Shown: positions 1 to 11,820 of the stretch, piece by piece
Layout of the letters: every line of letters starts with the position of its first letter
Position numbering within the stretch: position 1 is the first letter of the stretch
DNA from: Lama glama
Lineage: Eukaryota
Length of the DNA stretch: 64,000 nt
Reading direction: 5' to 3'
Assembly: GCA_028534125.1 (NCBI GenBank)
Contig: CM052817.1
Coordinates: 73,038,001-73,102,000 of the forward strand
Made by a program: the position numbers and the translations under genes
Notes under the pieces: generated by a model
The model's database searches: none
What the model saw: the letters and a program-made list of their open reading frames with translations, nothing else
Told to the model about the DNA's origin: nothing

Positions 1-57
1 ATTGATAACTGCTGTAGGAATGTAGAGCAGATTAACTTGAGAGGTAGAACCAACAAG

Positions 58-1400
58 ATTTTTTTCCCCCAGTTTTATTGAGATAATGGACACAGACCAC
101 TGTATAAGCTTAAGGCATACAGCATAATGATTTAACTTACATATATCATGAAGTGATTGTTTCATACAATAAATTTAGTGTTCACAATAAATTTAGTGAA
201 CATCAATAGATACAAAATTAAAGAAACAGGAAAAAATTATTTTTCTTGTGATGAGAACTCTTAGGATTTACTCTCTTCACAACTTTCATATGTAACATTC
301 AGCAGTACTATATTAATCATGTTGTACATTACATCCCTAGTACTTTTTTATCTTATAACTGAAAGTTTGTACCTTTTGACTGCCTTCCTCCAGTTCCCCC
401 TCCCCCCACCCTCCATCTTTGGTAACCACAAATCTGATCTCTTTTTCTATTAGTCTATCTGTTTTTAAAGTATGATTGACCTACAGAACTATGTTGATTC
501 CTGTTACAGAACATAGTGATTTGGTATTTCTCTACATTTCAAAATGTTCACCAAGATAAATCTAGGTACCATCTGTCACCATACAGAGATACAATTACAT
601 AGTTACTGACTACATCCCCACACTGTATATTTCATACTGTCACTCATTTATTTTACAACCAAAGTTTTTACCTCAATCTCTCTCATCTATTTCTTTTCTC
701 TCCTCACCCCTCTCTCCTCTGCGAACCATTTGTTTGTTCTCTGTGTCTATAATATAATTCTGTTTCTGTTTTATGTTTGATCATTTTTTTTAATTCCACA
801 TATAAGTGAAATCATACAGTATTTGTCTTTATCTGATTTATTTCACTTAGCATTATACCCTCTGGGTCCACCCACATTGTTGCAAATGGCAAGATTTCAC
901 TCTTTTTTAAGGCCAAGTAATACTCATACACATATAACACTCACACCCATCTTATTTATCCATCCATTGATGGGCACTTTGGTTACTCCTGTGTCTTCGC
1001 TATTCTAAGTAATGGTGCAGTGAACATAGGGGTGCATATATCTTTTCTAATTAGTGTTTTAGTTTTCTTCAAATAAATATCCAGAAGTGAAATTACTAAG
1101 TCATATGGTAGTTCTATTTTTAATTTTTTGAGATACCTCCATACTGTTTTCCATAGTGGCTGCACCAGTTTATATTCCCACCAAAAGTGCTCAAGGGTTC
1201 CCTTTTCTATACTTCCTTACCAACACTTGTTATTTGTTGTCTTTTTTTATAATAACCATTCTGATAGATGTGAGGTCAGTTCATTTTGGTTTTGATTTTC
1301 ATTTCCCTGATGATTAGTGATGTTGAGCATCTTTTCATGTACCTGTTAGCCATCTGTATGTCTTCTTTGGAAAAATGTCTGTTCAGATCCTCTGCCCATT
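58..1400 (-). mobile_element. 5'-truncated LINE-1 (ORF2 3' end and 3' UTR, L1MA-type)
   Basis: Starts with a T-tract/TTTATTGAG L1 3' end. ORF 983..1165 ([21 protein letters not shown]...ICTPMF) is the L1 ORF2 C-terminus. Confidence 0.92.
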
Positions 1401-1403
1401 AAC

Positions 1404-2007
1404 TGTAGGGTAATGCATTCCGTATGCTGCCCTGGCAGGCTTGCTCACTGTGCATATCCACATGACAACATTCAACCGTAGTCTGACACAAGTCTTGACA
1501 GGAGGCCCTATGATCCTCCCTGGATCATGGCAGGATAGGGGAGCCATCATAAAGCCATTTATCATCTGACTCCCTGCCTTGTAGAAGGCTGCCATGAGGC
1601 AGTTTCTCATTCGACTCCCTGGTTCCAGTGAGGCATGGGATTTCCACTGTACCCACATTCAGGTACAGATATAGGCCAATAAAACTGCTTGGTTGGAGTT
1701 TAGAGTTGGCTCCTTAATGACAGAGCTACTCTCCACTTAAATCATCTGTGATCTGGCCCCCCTGGTTCAGTGTCAGCAAGGGACCTAGGACGTGGGACAC
1801 TGACTCCACACTGGTCTTGCTTTTGCTATCTGTGTAAGTAATAAACTGTCTATTTTAGCTCATTGTCTCCCTACAGACCAAATACATGCAAGTATGACAG
1901 TCAGCCTAGCAGCTGCAGCTGCTTTTTTTTTTTTAATTTTAGAGTTATTATTTATTTTGGTTGAAGTATTGTCAGTTTACAATGTGTCACTGCAGCTATT
2001 CTTGACA
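1404..2007 (+). mobile_element. Probable solo LTR (ERVL-like) containing a ~65-bp L1 3' tip
   Basis: TGT...ACA termini, AATAAA near 1840, flanks ttaac/gtaac. Interrupted at about 1923-1989 by a T-tract plus TTGAAGTATTGTCAGTTTACAAT, bracketed by CTGCAGCT on both sides. Confidence 0.55.
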
Positions 2008-2011
2008 GTAA

Positions 2012-2640
2012 CTTCTTGGTTTCTGATTTAATAAATGTAGTGAGAGGAACAGGTTTTGGAGATTAGAGGAAATTAAGAGTTCTCTTTTGGAAAATTAAAT
2101 TTGAGGTGTTTTATAAGAAATCTGAATGAAATTAAGTAGATGATGGGATATATGTCTGCATCTCAGAGAACAGGTACAAGTTTAGGAGTCAGTAGTCGGT
2201 AAATAGTATTTTAAGTCATTATTCCTGCTGAGATCACCCCGAGGAAGCAGATAGGCAGAGAACCCCAACCAAGTGTTGACCTTTAGAGGTCAGGAAGTAG
2301 AAAACCTGCCAAAAGAAGCAGATACAGAAGGATTGTGGGGAACCAAAGAATGTGGTGTCACTGGAGCCAGAAAAAGAGAAAAGTCACGGTCTCAAATGCT
2401 CCTGGGGCATTGAGAGAAGAGGACAAGGTGTGTCAGTTCGGTTTGGGAACATGAATATTGGTGTATATTACCATTTTTACAAATGAAGGGGTAGAAACTG
2501 AGAAGTATCTTGCAAGGGGTGAAAAAATGGCCAGTTTAGACAACTTATTTGAAAAGTTGCTGTCAGAGAGAGCAGAGAAATGGGGTAGCTGGAGGGTATA
2601 TGGGGTTGTGTGAAGGTTTTTATTTAAGATGCTTGAACTT
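2012..2640 (-). mobile_element. LINE-2 relic
   Basis: L2-like GAGTTCTCTTTTGGAAAATTAAATTTGAGGTG and AACCAAAGAATGTGGTGTCAC segments. Confidence 0.65.
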
Positions 2641-2830
2641 CTAAAATAGTGTAACTGGAAATTATGCCTGCTTTTTTACCCCAGTAATTGGAGAAATACA
2701 TCTTTTAAGTAGAAGTCAGAATTTTCATTTTACTTTAACTTATGTAAAGATGTTTTAATCATAATTTAAGAACACAGACATCTAAAAAAGATTGTATTTC
2801 AAATATATTTATAGTGTTCTCTCATCTTCA

Positions 2831-5611
2831 TTTATTTAGTACTTCTGGTTAATTATCTGACAGTAAAGGAGATAACAAAAGAATTCACTGTAAAAGACAG
2901 ATTTCCAGTATCTGATTCTTATATCCTCAGGAAATATTAAAGCTGAAAATGAAATTAGGAAAATGATATTAAATTATCATGTGAGTATTTTTATTAATAT
3001 TACAAATTAAAGGGTTTTTTTTTCTGACACCCAGAAGTAAGTAGTATTGTCCTCTGTAGTACATCTCTGTAACATATCTTTTATATGTGACCATTAAATA
3101 TAAGGACCGCCTTGTGCTCAGTGCTACGCAAAATATCGTACTATGTGTAATACCATGGTAAGGAGTCTACATACTTTAGCTCAGGATTTTCACAGAAACC
3201 CTGATGTAATCCATTTTTCAGAAAAGGAAACTGAAGCTCAGAGCTACTGACAAATTATACAGGAAATGGTAGCTAAACCCAGGCAGTATGATTCAGAGCC
3301 TACACTCAACACTATACTACTTCCTTTAGAGTAGAATTGTTTTTGAGGGTTTTTGTTTTTCTTTTTTGAAGTTTGGAGTTTTTTTTTTTTTTTACTTAGC
3401 TGTTAGAAAAAGTCTAACTTTGGATGATTGAAAAATTGTTTTAAGATATCAAAAGTGATATTATTGTAAAAAGGCACTTTGACCTAAGGCGAAGTTCCAC
3501 TATCATACCTTATTTGGCCTGTCTAACCTCAGAAGTTTCCTTTTGTAAAATGTTACTGCCTTGATTTTGGCTTTTGAGAATGATTTCACTACAGTATTAA
3601 GAAAGCTGTTGACTTCTCATGCATCTCACAATTTTCTCTTCTGTGAAAATCCTAGTAAGCAATGCCAACTGGCTCCTCTCTAGTCCCTCAGTGACCTTCC
3701 AACCAGCAACAAAATGTTGAAATCAGCAACGGAGCTAAAACCACTGCTTTCCTATTTTCTTTACCAGTGTCCTGCTCTAAAAGCATTGTTAGAGATACTA
3801 AGGCCAAATAAATATTTTCACATAGGTTGAATAGTAGAATGGTGAGTGATTGAACTTGAGGACAACTCGTACCGACTAGAAGCCCCGTAAATTCCAACTA
3901 CAGTTTTCATAGTGCTCATCCTTGGTCATCACCTGAAATGGAAGCTCTAATTGTTTCAATCAGGGTCCAGTAAGTAAAATAGTAACCATACCTGTTATTT
4001 TAACATAACAATTACTATAAGGAATTAAGTGTTAGAGGACTGGAAAAGTAGAAAGGGCCATGAGATAACATGGAAGCAGCTACCAAATATATAAACACAA
4101 AGTGTTAATAATTATCTCCTGGTAGTAAGATTATAGCTAATTTTTCTACAAGGCATATTAAATACATTCATGTTAGAGCCTAAAAGTAATGCTTCTTCAG
4201 GTTAATGCATTAAGTAGATAGTAGAAACAGAATCTTCTAGAATATGGTTATATAATCATATGGGATATGAGATTTCACCATTGGAATGCACCCCTTTGTC
4301 GTAAACTTGCAGGTTCAAAAAGAAACTGCCTGTGACTGTAACACAGGCACCAATTAACACACCCCTTTATTTAAAGAACCCAAGAAAAATCAACTTCCTG
4401 GGACAAAAAGTCCTTAAGCGATGAATTGAAAGTTTCACAACTTAGCTGTAGTACTTTGTATCAAACACTGATATTTTTGTTTGCCCTCAACCCCACCCCA
4501 CTGTGGCCATTTTTTGAGGAAATGCCTTTAGTATCTACATGGTCATTTGCTGAAACCACCATTATTTAACAGGACCTGAGGAGAGTTGACTGGTAGAAGG
4601 GTGGGCACCTGACCCAAGGTGATCTTTCCCTTGAACCAGAATTGGGAGATAAGGATTCTCTTTGGGTGGCATGAAGGGTTCTCACCATGTGATGTGAAGA
4701 ACTAACGGAGCCAATATTGCAATGAGGGGCACAGCTGGATTATTTGAATCCCCAGCCAGAGCCTCTGCCTGTTGCCTACTGCATTCCTTCCTCAGAGTAG
4801 TCTAAAAACAGTCCTTTCCTGTGTTCAGTAAGAGTTTCAAAGAAAATGGTTAGAGAATTAAACTTTGATTTTATTTACATACACAGATGCTGTTAAAATT
4901 TTGAATTCATGGAATTTAAAAATCTGTAGTATGTAAACAATTCAAAATTTGGTAAGAAAAATGAAAAATAATTCTAAACACAGTGGTTCATGAAAATGTT
5001 TAAAATACTGGTTTTAGATGCTGAATATAAACAAGGAGAACTGTAGTCTTGGCATAAACACTATAATTCTATAGGGAAAAAAACATAGAAAATCAAAATA
5101 TTATTGTTTAAGTAAGTCTTCCCATATTAAAACCACAATGACACACAGACACTAAAACACACTATGCTCTATTCCAGTACTCTGGTACTATAAGTACCAA
5201 CAGGTTACAACACCCATAATAACTTGCTTGTAGCTCTGACCTTGAAAACAAATGGCTGTTGTGAAATAGTATGACCAAACCAAGAGATGGTTCTGTACAA
5301 ATCAAAATGAAACAATACAAAATGTAGGACCAAAATCAAGCATAAAAATAAAGCAACATAACCTTATTTTGAGAACACTAATCCTTCATCACAAAGGGTA
5401 CTTTTTATGTATTAACACTTACAGAGTACACTTACAGTAATTCTTTATACATCCAGCAATGCAACAAGAGCCTAAAGCAATGACTAACACAACTGACAGG
5501 CTTCAAATGACAGATGACAATAATATACTACACTGATAAACTCTTAATAAGGGAAGTATCTATATAAAGTGTCTAGAGTTCTTCAGCTATGATTCTCTTA
5601 GCCCTGTGTGT
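2831..5611 (-). other. TIFA: TIFA 3' UTR region with candidate poly(A) signals
   Basis: AT-rich non-coding sequence downstream of the stop. AATAAA on the minus strand (TTTATT on plus) at 4870-4875, 4366-4371, 2990-2995 and 2831-2836. The site actually used cannot be determined from sequence. Confidence 0.5.
4425..4845 (+). mobile_element. Possible old MLT1 (MaLR) LTR within the TIFA 3' region
   Basis: GTGGGCACCTGACCCAAG and terminal CCTTTCCTGTGTTCAG...GTTTC resemble MLT1 motifs; highly diverged. Confidence 0.35.
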
Positions 5612-6166
5612 TCACCATTCATTTTCACCCATTTCTATAGGAGAATTGTTTTGGGTGGAGGAAGATGAATAACCGCCACACTCAGGTATGGGCTCTGGTA
5701 GCCAGTTGTTTTCTTGCAAGAGTGGTGTTGTAGACAAAGTAAATTGAATCTCAAAAAACTCTAATGATTCTCCATCTTCCTTCTCTATCAGGAACTGATA
5801 GTCCCCAAATCTAACCATGCACTTGTATGGCAGGTCCATTTTATTTAGGTAGCCCAGCTCCTTGTTGTCCACAATCAGATTGGTCCTCTTACTCATATTT
5901 TTAATTTCAAAAGAGAGAACTGAGCTACCAAACTTTTTAAACAGCTGCAGAGAAAACTGAACTCGGGAAACCTGTTTATCCTGAAACGTATAATGACAGG
6001 TGTTGGAATTTCGGCCAAATTTCACCACTTCACTGGAGGAGAGTTTCTCTCGGTTAAAAAATCTTATTGACTGGAATATTCCACTTCGCTGGTAGCCAGG
6101 ATGATAAACAGTCATCTGGAGACAGGTTACTGTCTCTTCCGTGTCAGCATCTTCAAAACCAGACAT
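5612..6166 (-). CDS. TIFA: TIFA, TRAF-interacting protein with FHA domain A (184 aa, CDS in a single exon)
   Basis: Translation [24 protein letters not shown]...VKFGRNS...VSRVQF...IKNMSK...[10 protein letters not shown] matches TIFA: N-terminal EDADT9EE phosphosite, FHA GR/SR/N signatures, P159xxE162 and the C-terminal PxExxE TRAF6 motif (E178). The true ATG is CAT at 6164-6166; the ORF-track start at 6199 is an intronic TTG. Stop TGA is at 5612-5614. Confidence 0.98.
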   Translation of the reverse strand: MSGFEDADTEETVTCLQMTVYHPGYQRSGIFQSIRFFNREKLSSSEVVKFGRNSNTCHYTFQDKQVSRVQFSLQLFKKFGSSVLSFEIKNMSKRTNLIVDNKELGYLNKMDLPYKCMVRFGDYQFLIEKEDGESLEFFEIQFTLSTTPLLQENNWLPEPIPECGGYSSSSTQNNSPIEMGENEW

Positions 6167-6181
6167 GATGTGCACCAGAAT

Positions 6182-6216
6182 CTGACCTGCCTGCAACAAT
6201 CAAATCAGCACATTAG
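6182..6216 (-). other. TIFA: 3' splice site region of TIFA intron 1 (branch point and acceptor of the coding exon)
   Basis: Minus strand reads gaaCTAATgtgctgatttgattgttgCAG/gCAG/gtCAG/attctggtgcacatcATG. Branch-point-like CTAAT at 6216-6212 lies about 22 nt upstream of the first AG (6192-6191). Confidence 0.75.
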
Positions 6217-8994
6217 TTCACTCCCATATGTCAAGCACTCAGATCTTGGATTATAATATTTTGATGAAAATTTTCTGATAGGTGATTTATTTAGACTTTA
6301 AGAAAATGATACATAGAATACTTTCAACTAACTAGTAGAAACGTGAAATCTTATACTAAGCCCCATGAGAAATGATGCATTACTTTTTCCTATTTTTCAT
6401 TTCTAGTTTGACAGTAAGACTACACATATAATCTGGACAGTAACAAGGAATGATTATTGATAAAGTGATTTGGGGGGAGGATAAAGAAACTTCAGTTCAG
6501 TTCCTTTCTCATTTAAATTGAGTGACTTGGGCACAGACAAAATAGGACAGCTATACTTTAAAAAGAAAATCAGGAATAAAGAATCCCTTTGGTGCGAATA
6601 CCCTCATTGGATATACACATAAAGAAATCTATAGTTTATTAACTGAATTATAATTTGATACTATGAGTTATGAAATCTGATTAAAGAAATTTAAAAGTTA
6701 TAAACAAGTAACTGCAACATTTGTCCTGTATATCCTAACTTAGATTTCTAGTAAGTAAAGGTTTAAAAACAGTAAATGCTTTAAAAGTTTATTTTGTTCT
6801 ATAATTTTAAAATGTAGACATTATACGCTTTTAATTGAAAAATAAATCTCCTTGAGGTAGTTCTAAATATCATATAGTCTGTACTTGTACTGAAATTATT
6901 TATTTTTGTCAATGGTTCCTAATGACTAGACAGACAAACTGTCATTAACCACAAGCAACACAATCCAACTACTGTTAACCACATCCCTCTTGAGTGCACG
7001 GCCCTTTGGTGTCCTCCACCTACACTATAAGTACCGTTAATAATCAGTGGAGTAGTATAAGCAGTAAAACAGGACAGAAGAATTAGTTACTAAAATCTAT
7101 GAGAAGTTATTTTGACACAGAACTGCCAGTTTAGTTTCTTTTAAAAGAACTGCATGCACATGATTAAAAAATTCAAACATTTAAAAAGAATTTTTTTAAG
7201 TATCTTACTTCCACCCTAATCCTTTGTTTACTCTTTGAGAGTCAACTACTGTAAAAGTTGCGTTTATCCTTACAGAAGTCTGAAACACAATAAATATGTG
7301 TGTGCTCAAAGACATACACATACCTAAACATACAAAAAAAATTTCTTACACAAATAGGAACATACTGTACTTAATTCTAGACCTTGCATTTTTTTTTTGA
7401 TTAGTAATACCAACAGGTGATTTTTTCCGTATCTATACATATAAATATACCTCAGTCCTGAATAGCTGCCTAGAATTCCTTTAATCTCGTGTGGTGGTTA
7501 TTACACCAGGAGATACAGGGTGATGCTGAGTCCTCCGGCCTTCCTTAAATACTATGCAGGACTTACAGAGGGGTTTGAGGAGCAATGGCCTTAAGCGAAG
7601 CTGACTTGTAGTTTTATTGTTTTTTGTTTGCCATCTGTATTAGATATTGGTATCAAATAATGCTGGTTAAAAAGAAAAAAGCAGAATGTTTTCCTTTTCT
7701 TTCTATGCTTGCTGCTGTGTACTTTTAAGATAGAATCTTTTCTGTTTTGCAAAGTTGTGCTGCTAAAAATCAAACTCAGTTTATTCAATTACTCAACAAA
7801 TGACATAACCAAAGAAAATTTCTTTTTTATTGATTTGGAAATATATCTGTAATTTTAAATTTACTTTCATAATAGGCTCTTTTTGGACATTATTATATCA
7901 TATTGCCTTACTCAAGCAGACAACAAATGCCCAGCTATAAGCAGAAAAACAGAGAGGAACATTCAAAATCTTGGGGCAAGGGTGGTAAAAATTACTATAA
8001 AACCAAAGGCAGCAAGAACTAACACACAAAGACAAGAATTAATCAATCCTACACTGCAGGACTTGAAGATAATTTAATTACAATAATAAACATTTAAGAA
8101 GCAGACAGCTTAAAAGAATAATCATAACAAATCATGAGATGATGCAATTATTGGTTGACAAGGAAAGAATTAGCTGTTAACAAATAAAGAGTGTAAAAAG
8201 AAACTTCTTGTCATGATCTCTGCCTTGTCTAGGATACGCTGCCACCACTCTAATTCATTTCTGGACTTCGGACAGTAACAGTTCTAAAAGGAGACCTGGA
8301 TGTTAAAACATGGTGTATTCTGGATAATGTCTTTTGGTAACACCCAAATCTTGTTTTTGTGTTCTTTATATAACCTAGTAGCTTAGAACTCAGTCTTTAG
8401 AGCAAATCCACCATCAGGAAAACTTTGACCCATATAGGCTCTTATGGCTAGTACACAGGGCAAATATATTAACCACTGCAAAGGAAAAAACTGGCATTCT
8501 GGTTTATAAATCAGTGGCTATAAGTGTCTTCGGGTGAAGCAATCAGCATCTGATGAACTTCTGGGTTCACAATTGTGAGCCTCCAACAAACACTGAGGGA
8601 GACTGTGTCACTGTCAAACATTTACTGCCCCTCACTGCCAGGCCCATCTCTACTGGCTCTGCCCCTTTAAAAGATGATCTTTCCCACTCCATTGACAATC
8701 ATATCAATGAAATGTGAAGCTTATTTCTAAATAAACATGGAAGCTTATTTCTAAGCATACATTATAAAAATCACTGTGCAGGTAGATCCTTTCCTCTTTC
8801 TGTTACATTTGCAGTCCCCAAAAGGAGCAGCTCAGCGTGGGTCCCAGAGGGAAAGACCAAAGACAGAGCCATAAAAGACTTATCATACAAGCAAGAAATC
8901 AATCCTTTTTGTAACTTGTTACTGAGCCATAATGTACCCTGACATATGTCCTCACCTATCGTATGAATGTTTGAAACAGTTACAAAGCCTGACA

Positions 8995-9230
8995 GTAATA
9001 AAGGCTACTACTTACTGAATGCCTTTCATGTACCAGGCACAGTGCTAGCCCTGTATACATACTGTCTTACCTAATTTTCAAAATAACAGTATGAACCATC
9101 ACTTCACAGACAAAGGAGCTGAGTCTCAGAGGGTTTAGCCAAGTAGCCGAGGTCACAAAGCCAGTGTCAAAGGCAGGATTCAAAAAGAATGGAAATGCAC
9201 CCTTTCTCTTGCCCACTACAAACATTACTC
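8995..9230 (-). mobile_element. MIR SINE
   Basis: TACTTACTGAATGCC...CCAGGCACAGTGCTA...ACAGACAAAGGAGCTGAGTCTCAGAGGGTTT...AGGTCACA matches the MIR core. Similar relics at about 3100-3320, 26985-27380, 36380-36560, 44020-44250 and 59600-59800. Confidence 0.7.
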
Positions 9231-10457
9231 CCTGTTACCAGTTACTTCACCAACCAGTGTAGCTAACCAGGAGAGAAGAGACCCATGGAGGTGTGTTTAT
9301 TAGAACCAACAAGAAACCAACCTAGAATTAGTGTTGAGGAGGTAAATACACTGTTACTGCCTCCTTATAAGAGGAAGAGGCTGTGAAGCACCAGGTTACT
9401 GGGAATATCAGTTATCCTTTATATGGATATTGGCATGTTACCAGTAATTATGGTGGGCTGCAGGGAGCTCCAAAGTTGAGTAAACCTTGGTCTCTGACCT
9501 CAGGGAACTTAGAAACTAATCTATTCATTAATTTCCAGAGCTGCAAGTTCCCTCTACAAAGTGGCCTGAATCTCTAACATTTCAGAGTGGACAGCAGAAA
9601 AATAGAAAAGACAGAAACTAACCAAAAAAACTAAAATTATGAAATTGCTGGATCTTTCATGTAAAAAATCACTCAAAAGTAGCTTTTTCAAATCTGATTG
9701 GCCTAAATTATCAAAGAAACATAAGAACAATGAGCTTACATAGTGGTAACGGTTGTTACATCTGGAGAGGGAAACTGGGGTCAGGGGTGTAAAGGAGACT
9801 TTTCACTGTGCACTCTGTGCCTTTGGAATTTTATACCATGTGCATCTAATATGCAGTCAAACATGTAACAAGTATTTCCTTTACAAAGTCATAAAGCATC
9901 TGATTTGTATAGTATTAAATGGAGTTGGAGGCTATCATTAAAGTGATAAACTATGATCTCTGATATCAAAAACTTGTAAAACACTGTTGATGATGTCTGA
10001 CATACAGTAGCATCTGTATTAACATATGAACCACAATAACTGCTGGCACTAAGCTAGTAGGAGGGGAAGAGAGACTTGGAAGCACAGCAAAAAAGGCAGC
10101 TATCCTGCCTGACCCGTCTCACTGGTCATCACCCTGCAGTGTGGCTTTGAAGACATCCCTGAACGCTCCTGTTCAGCAGAATCATACTTACTAAACAGGT
10201 CTTGCAAAAGGAGTCGTGAAAAACCAAAACAGCAGGAGGAAACCCTTGGTAAAGCTCAGGGGGTTTTCTTTTTTCTTTTTCTTTCTTTCTTTTTTTAAAT
10301 CAGAGACGGTGTCTTCTTTCTCCAATTCTGCCTGGCTGGCCTGCGTCCAATTAAAATTGCAGTCTGATTCGCTGTGAGGGCAGACTTCCGCTGCGAGGTT
10401 GAGTGTGGACTCTGGCTCCAGAGGATTTGGAAAAGTTCTTCTTTCAATCTGGAAGCT

Positions 10458-10469
10458 GGGGAAAGTCCC
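10458..10469 (-). promoter_or_regulatory. Canonical NF-kB site
   Basis: GGGGAAAGTCCC; 10460-10469 reverse-complements to GGGACTTTCC, the classical kB decamer. Related GGAAAGTCTC at 10553-10562. Confidence 0.65.
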
Positions 10470-10739
10470 GAAAAACAAGGGATTACGTTATTTCCCTAAT
10501 GAACCAGGCCGAAGCAAGAAAGGCGGATGTAAAAGAGCCCCGGGTTTCAGCAGGAAAGTCTCTGCCAAGCGAGAGTGAGGGACGGTGGGCGACGGCGAGG
10601 GGTCTCCCGCAACCGCTGTGAGCTACCCTTCATAAACTTAATTGTTTTCTTGTTTACGGATTAGAAAAAAAATTGCAAAGCACAGAAAAGTACAATCCCA
10701 TCTCTAGTATTTCTCCTCAGTGCTCCTTCCTCTGGTCTG

Positions 10740-11036
10740 CAAGTATTACTCTATTTTGTGAAGCCGGGATCACGCCGTAACTGCTCCAGCGTCTGCGCGT
10801 AGCCGAGCCAGCAGGAGGAGCAGGTGAGGACTGTCTGTACAACACCCCGAAAGTCTCCTTGACAAAGCTTCCCTCTCCCGGCGATAAGCAGAAAAGACCG
10901 TCCCCACGTCATCCCTCAGACCGCCACCCGGCAGGTACCTCGGCGTCCCGGAGTCCTTCCCAGAGCGGCTTCGCGTTCCGGGCTCCGCACGAGGTTAATG
11001 GACGCGACCCGGCGGAGGCCCCGGATCGCAGGCGGT

Positions 11037-11071
<35 letters not shown>

Positions 11072-11820
11072 ACGCGTCCGCGCCGCACTCGGTGAAAACG
11101 CCCGCCCGCCCGCCGCGCCGCAGCTACAGAGGTGGGGGCTGGGGGGCAGGTGTGAGCCGGAGCTGGGGGACAGCGCCGAGGAGGGAGAGAGACGCAGACG
11201 CCTCTCAGCCCTGCGGGGCCAAGGCCTTCCCGCGCGCGCGGTGACGCCTAAATCCCGCCGGCCGAGCGCGCCCCCCGCCCTCCCCTCCCCGAGCCCTTAG
11301 GACGCGAAGTGCGAGGTTCCCAGACTCCGCCCAGCCCTCGCCCCCTCCCTCCTCCGCGCGGTGACCGCGCCGCCGACGTCGCCCTTCCTGACGAGAAGTC
11401 CAGCCGCCTTCTGAGCTCCCAGAACAGGTTTGATGCGTGGTAAGCCGGCGGGGACCCCACCTCCCAAACAAGAGCCCCTCTTCCGAAGAGGATGTGACTT
11501 GCGAGCTGGATTTTGAAAAGGGAACAGAATCACTTCAACATTGAGGGCTGCTTCCCACACACACACACTGCAAGTGCTGGCCGGGACCGGGGTCGAGGGA
11601 CGCGAGGAGTTGAACCTCCCAGTCAAGACAGGTGCCTGGCTCACATTATTCTTATTTAAGCCCCACGGTCGGAAGAGTGGGCCTCCCTTACAGATGAGTA
11701 AACTAAGGCCCAGAGAGTGGTTAAGTTTCCGGGCGAGCAACAGCACACGCAGGGCGTGAACTTGCTCCAGGGCTCCTAATCTGCCTCCCAGTGCCGGTGA
11801 TGCTCTCGTCTGACGCCCAA
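10740..11820. promoter_or_regulatory. CpG island: TIFA promoter/non-coding exon 1, probably bidirectional
   Basis: Abrupt rise in GC and CpG density with multiple GGGCGG/CCGCCC boxes, about 4.7 kb upstream of the TIFA acceptor. Candidate minus-strand donor GAG|GTACCT (exon end 10939). Plus-strand donors CAG|GTGAGG (10823/10824) and GTG|GTAAGC (11439/11440). Confidence 0.85.
11037..11071. repeat. (CACCGCC)5 tandem repeat
   Basis: Five perfect 7-bp units read directly from the sequence. Confidence 0.95.

Noticed and set aside
1..2800. Terminal exon of the neighbouring gene (AP1AR in human)
   Set aside because: The region is almost entirely repeat-derived and shows no supporting sequence.
6167..6199. 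11-aa N-terminal extension of TIFA ([11 protein letters not shown]) in the ORF track
   Set aside because: It begins at a TTG upstream of the splice acceptor, i.e. in the intron. Starting at 6166 gives the expected 184 aa with T9 in register.
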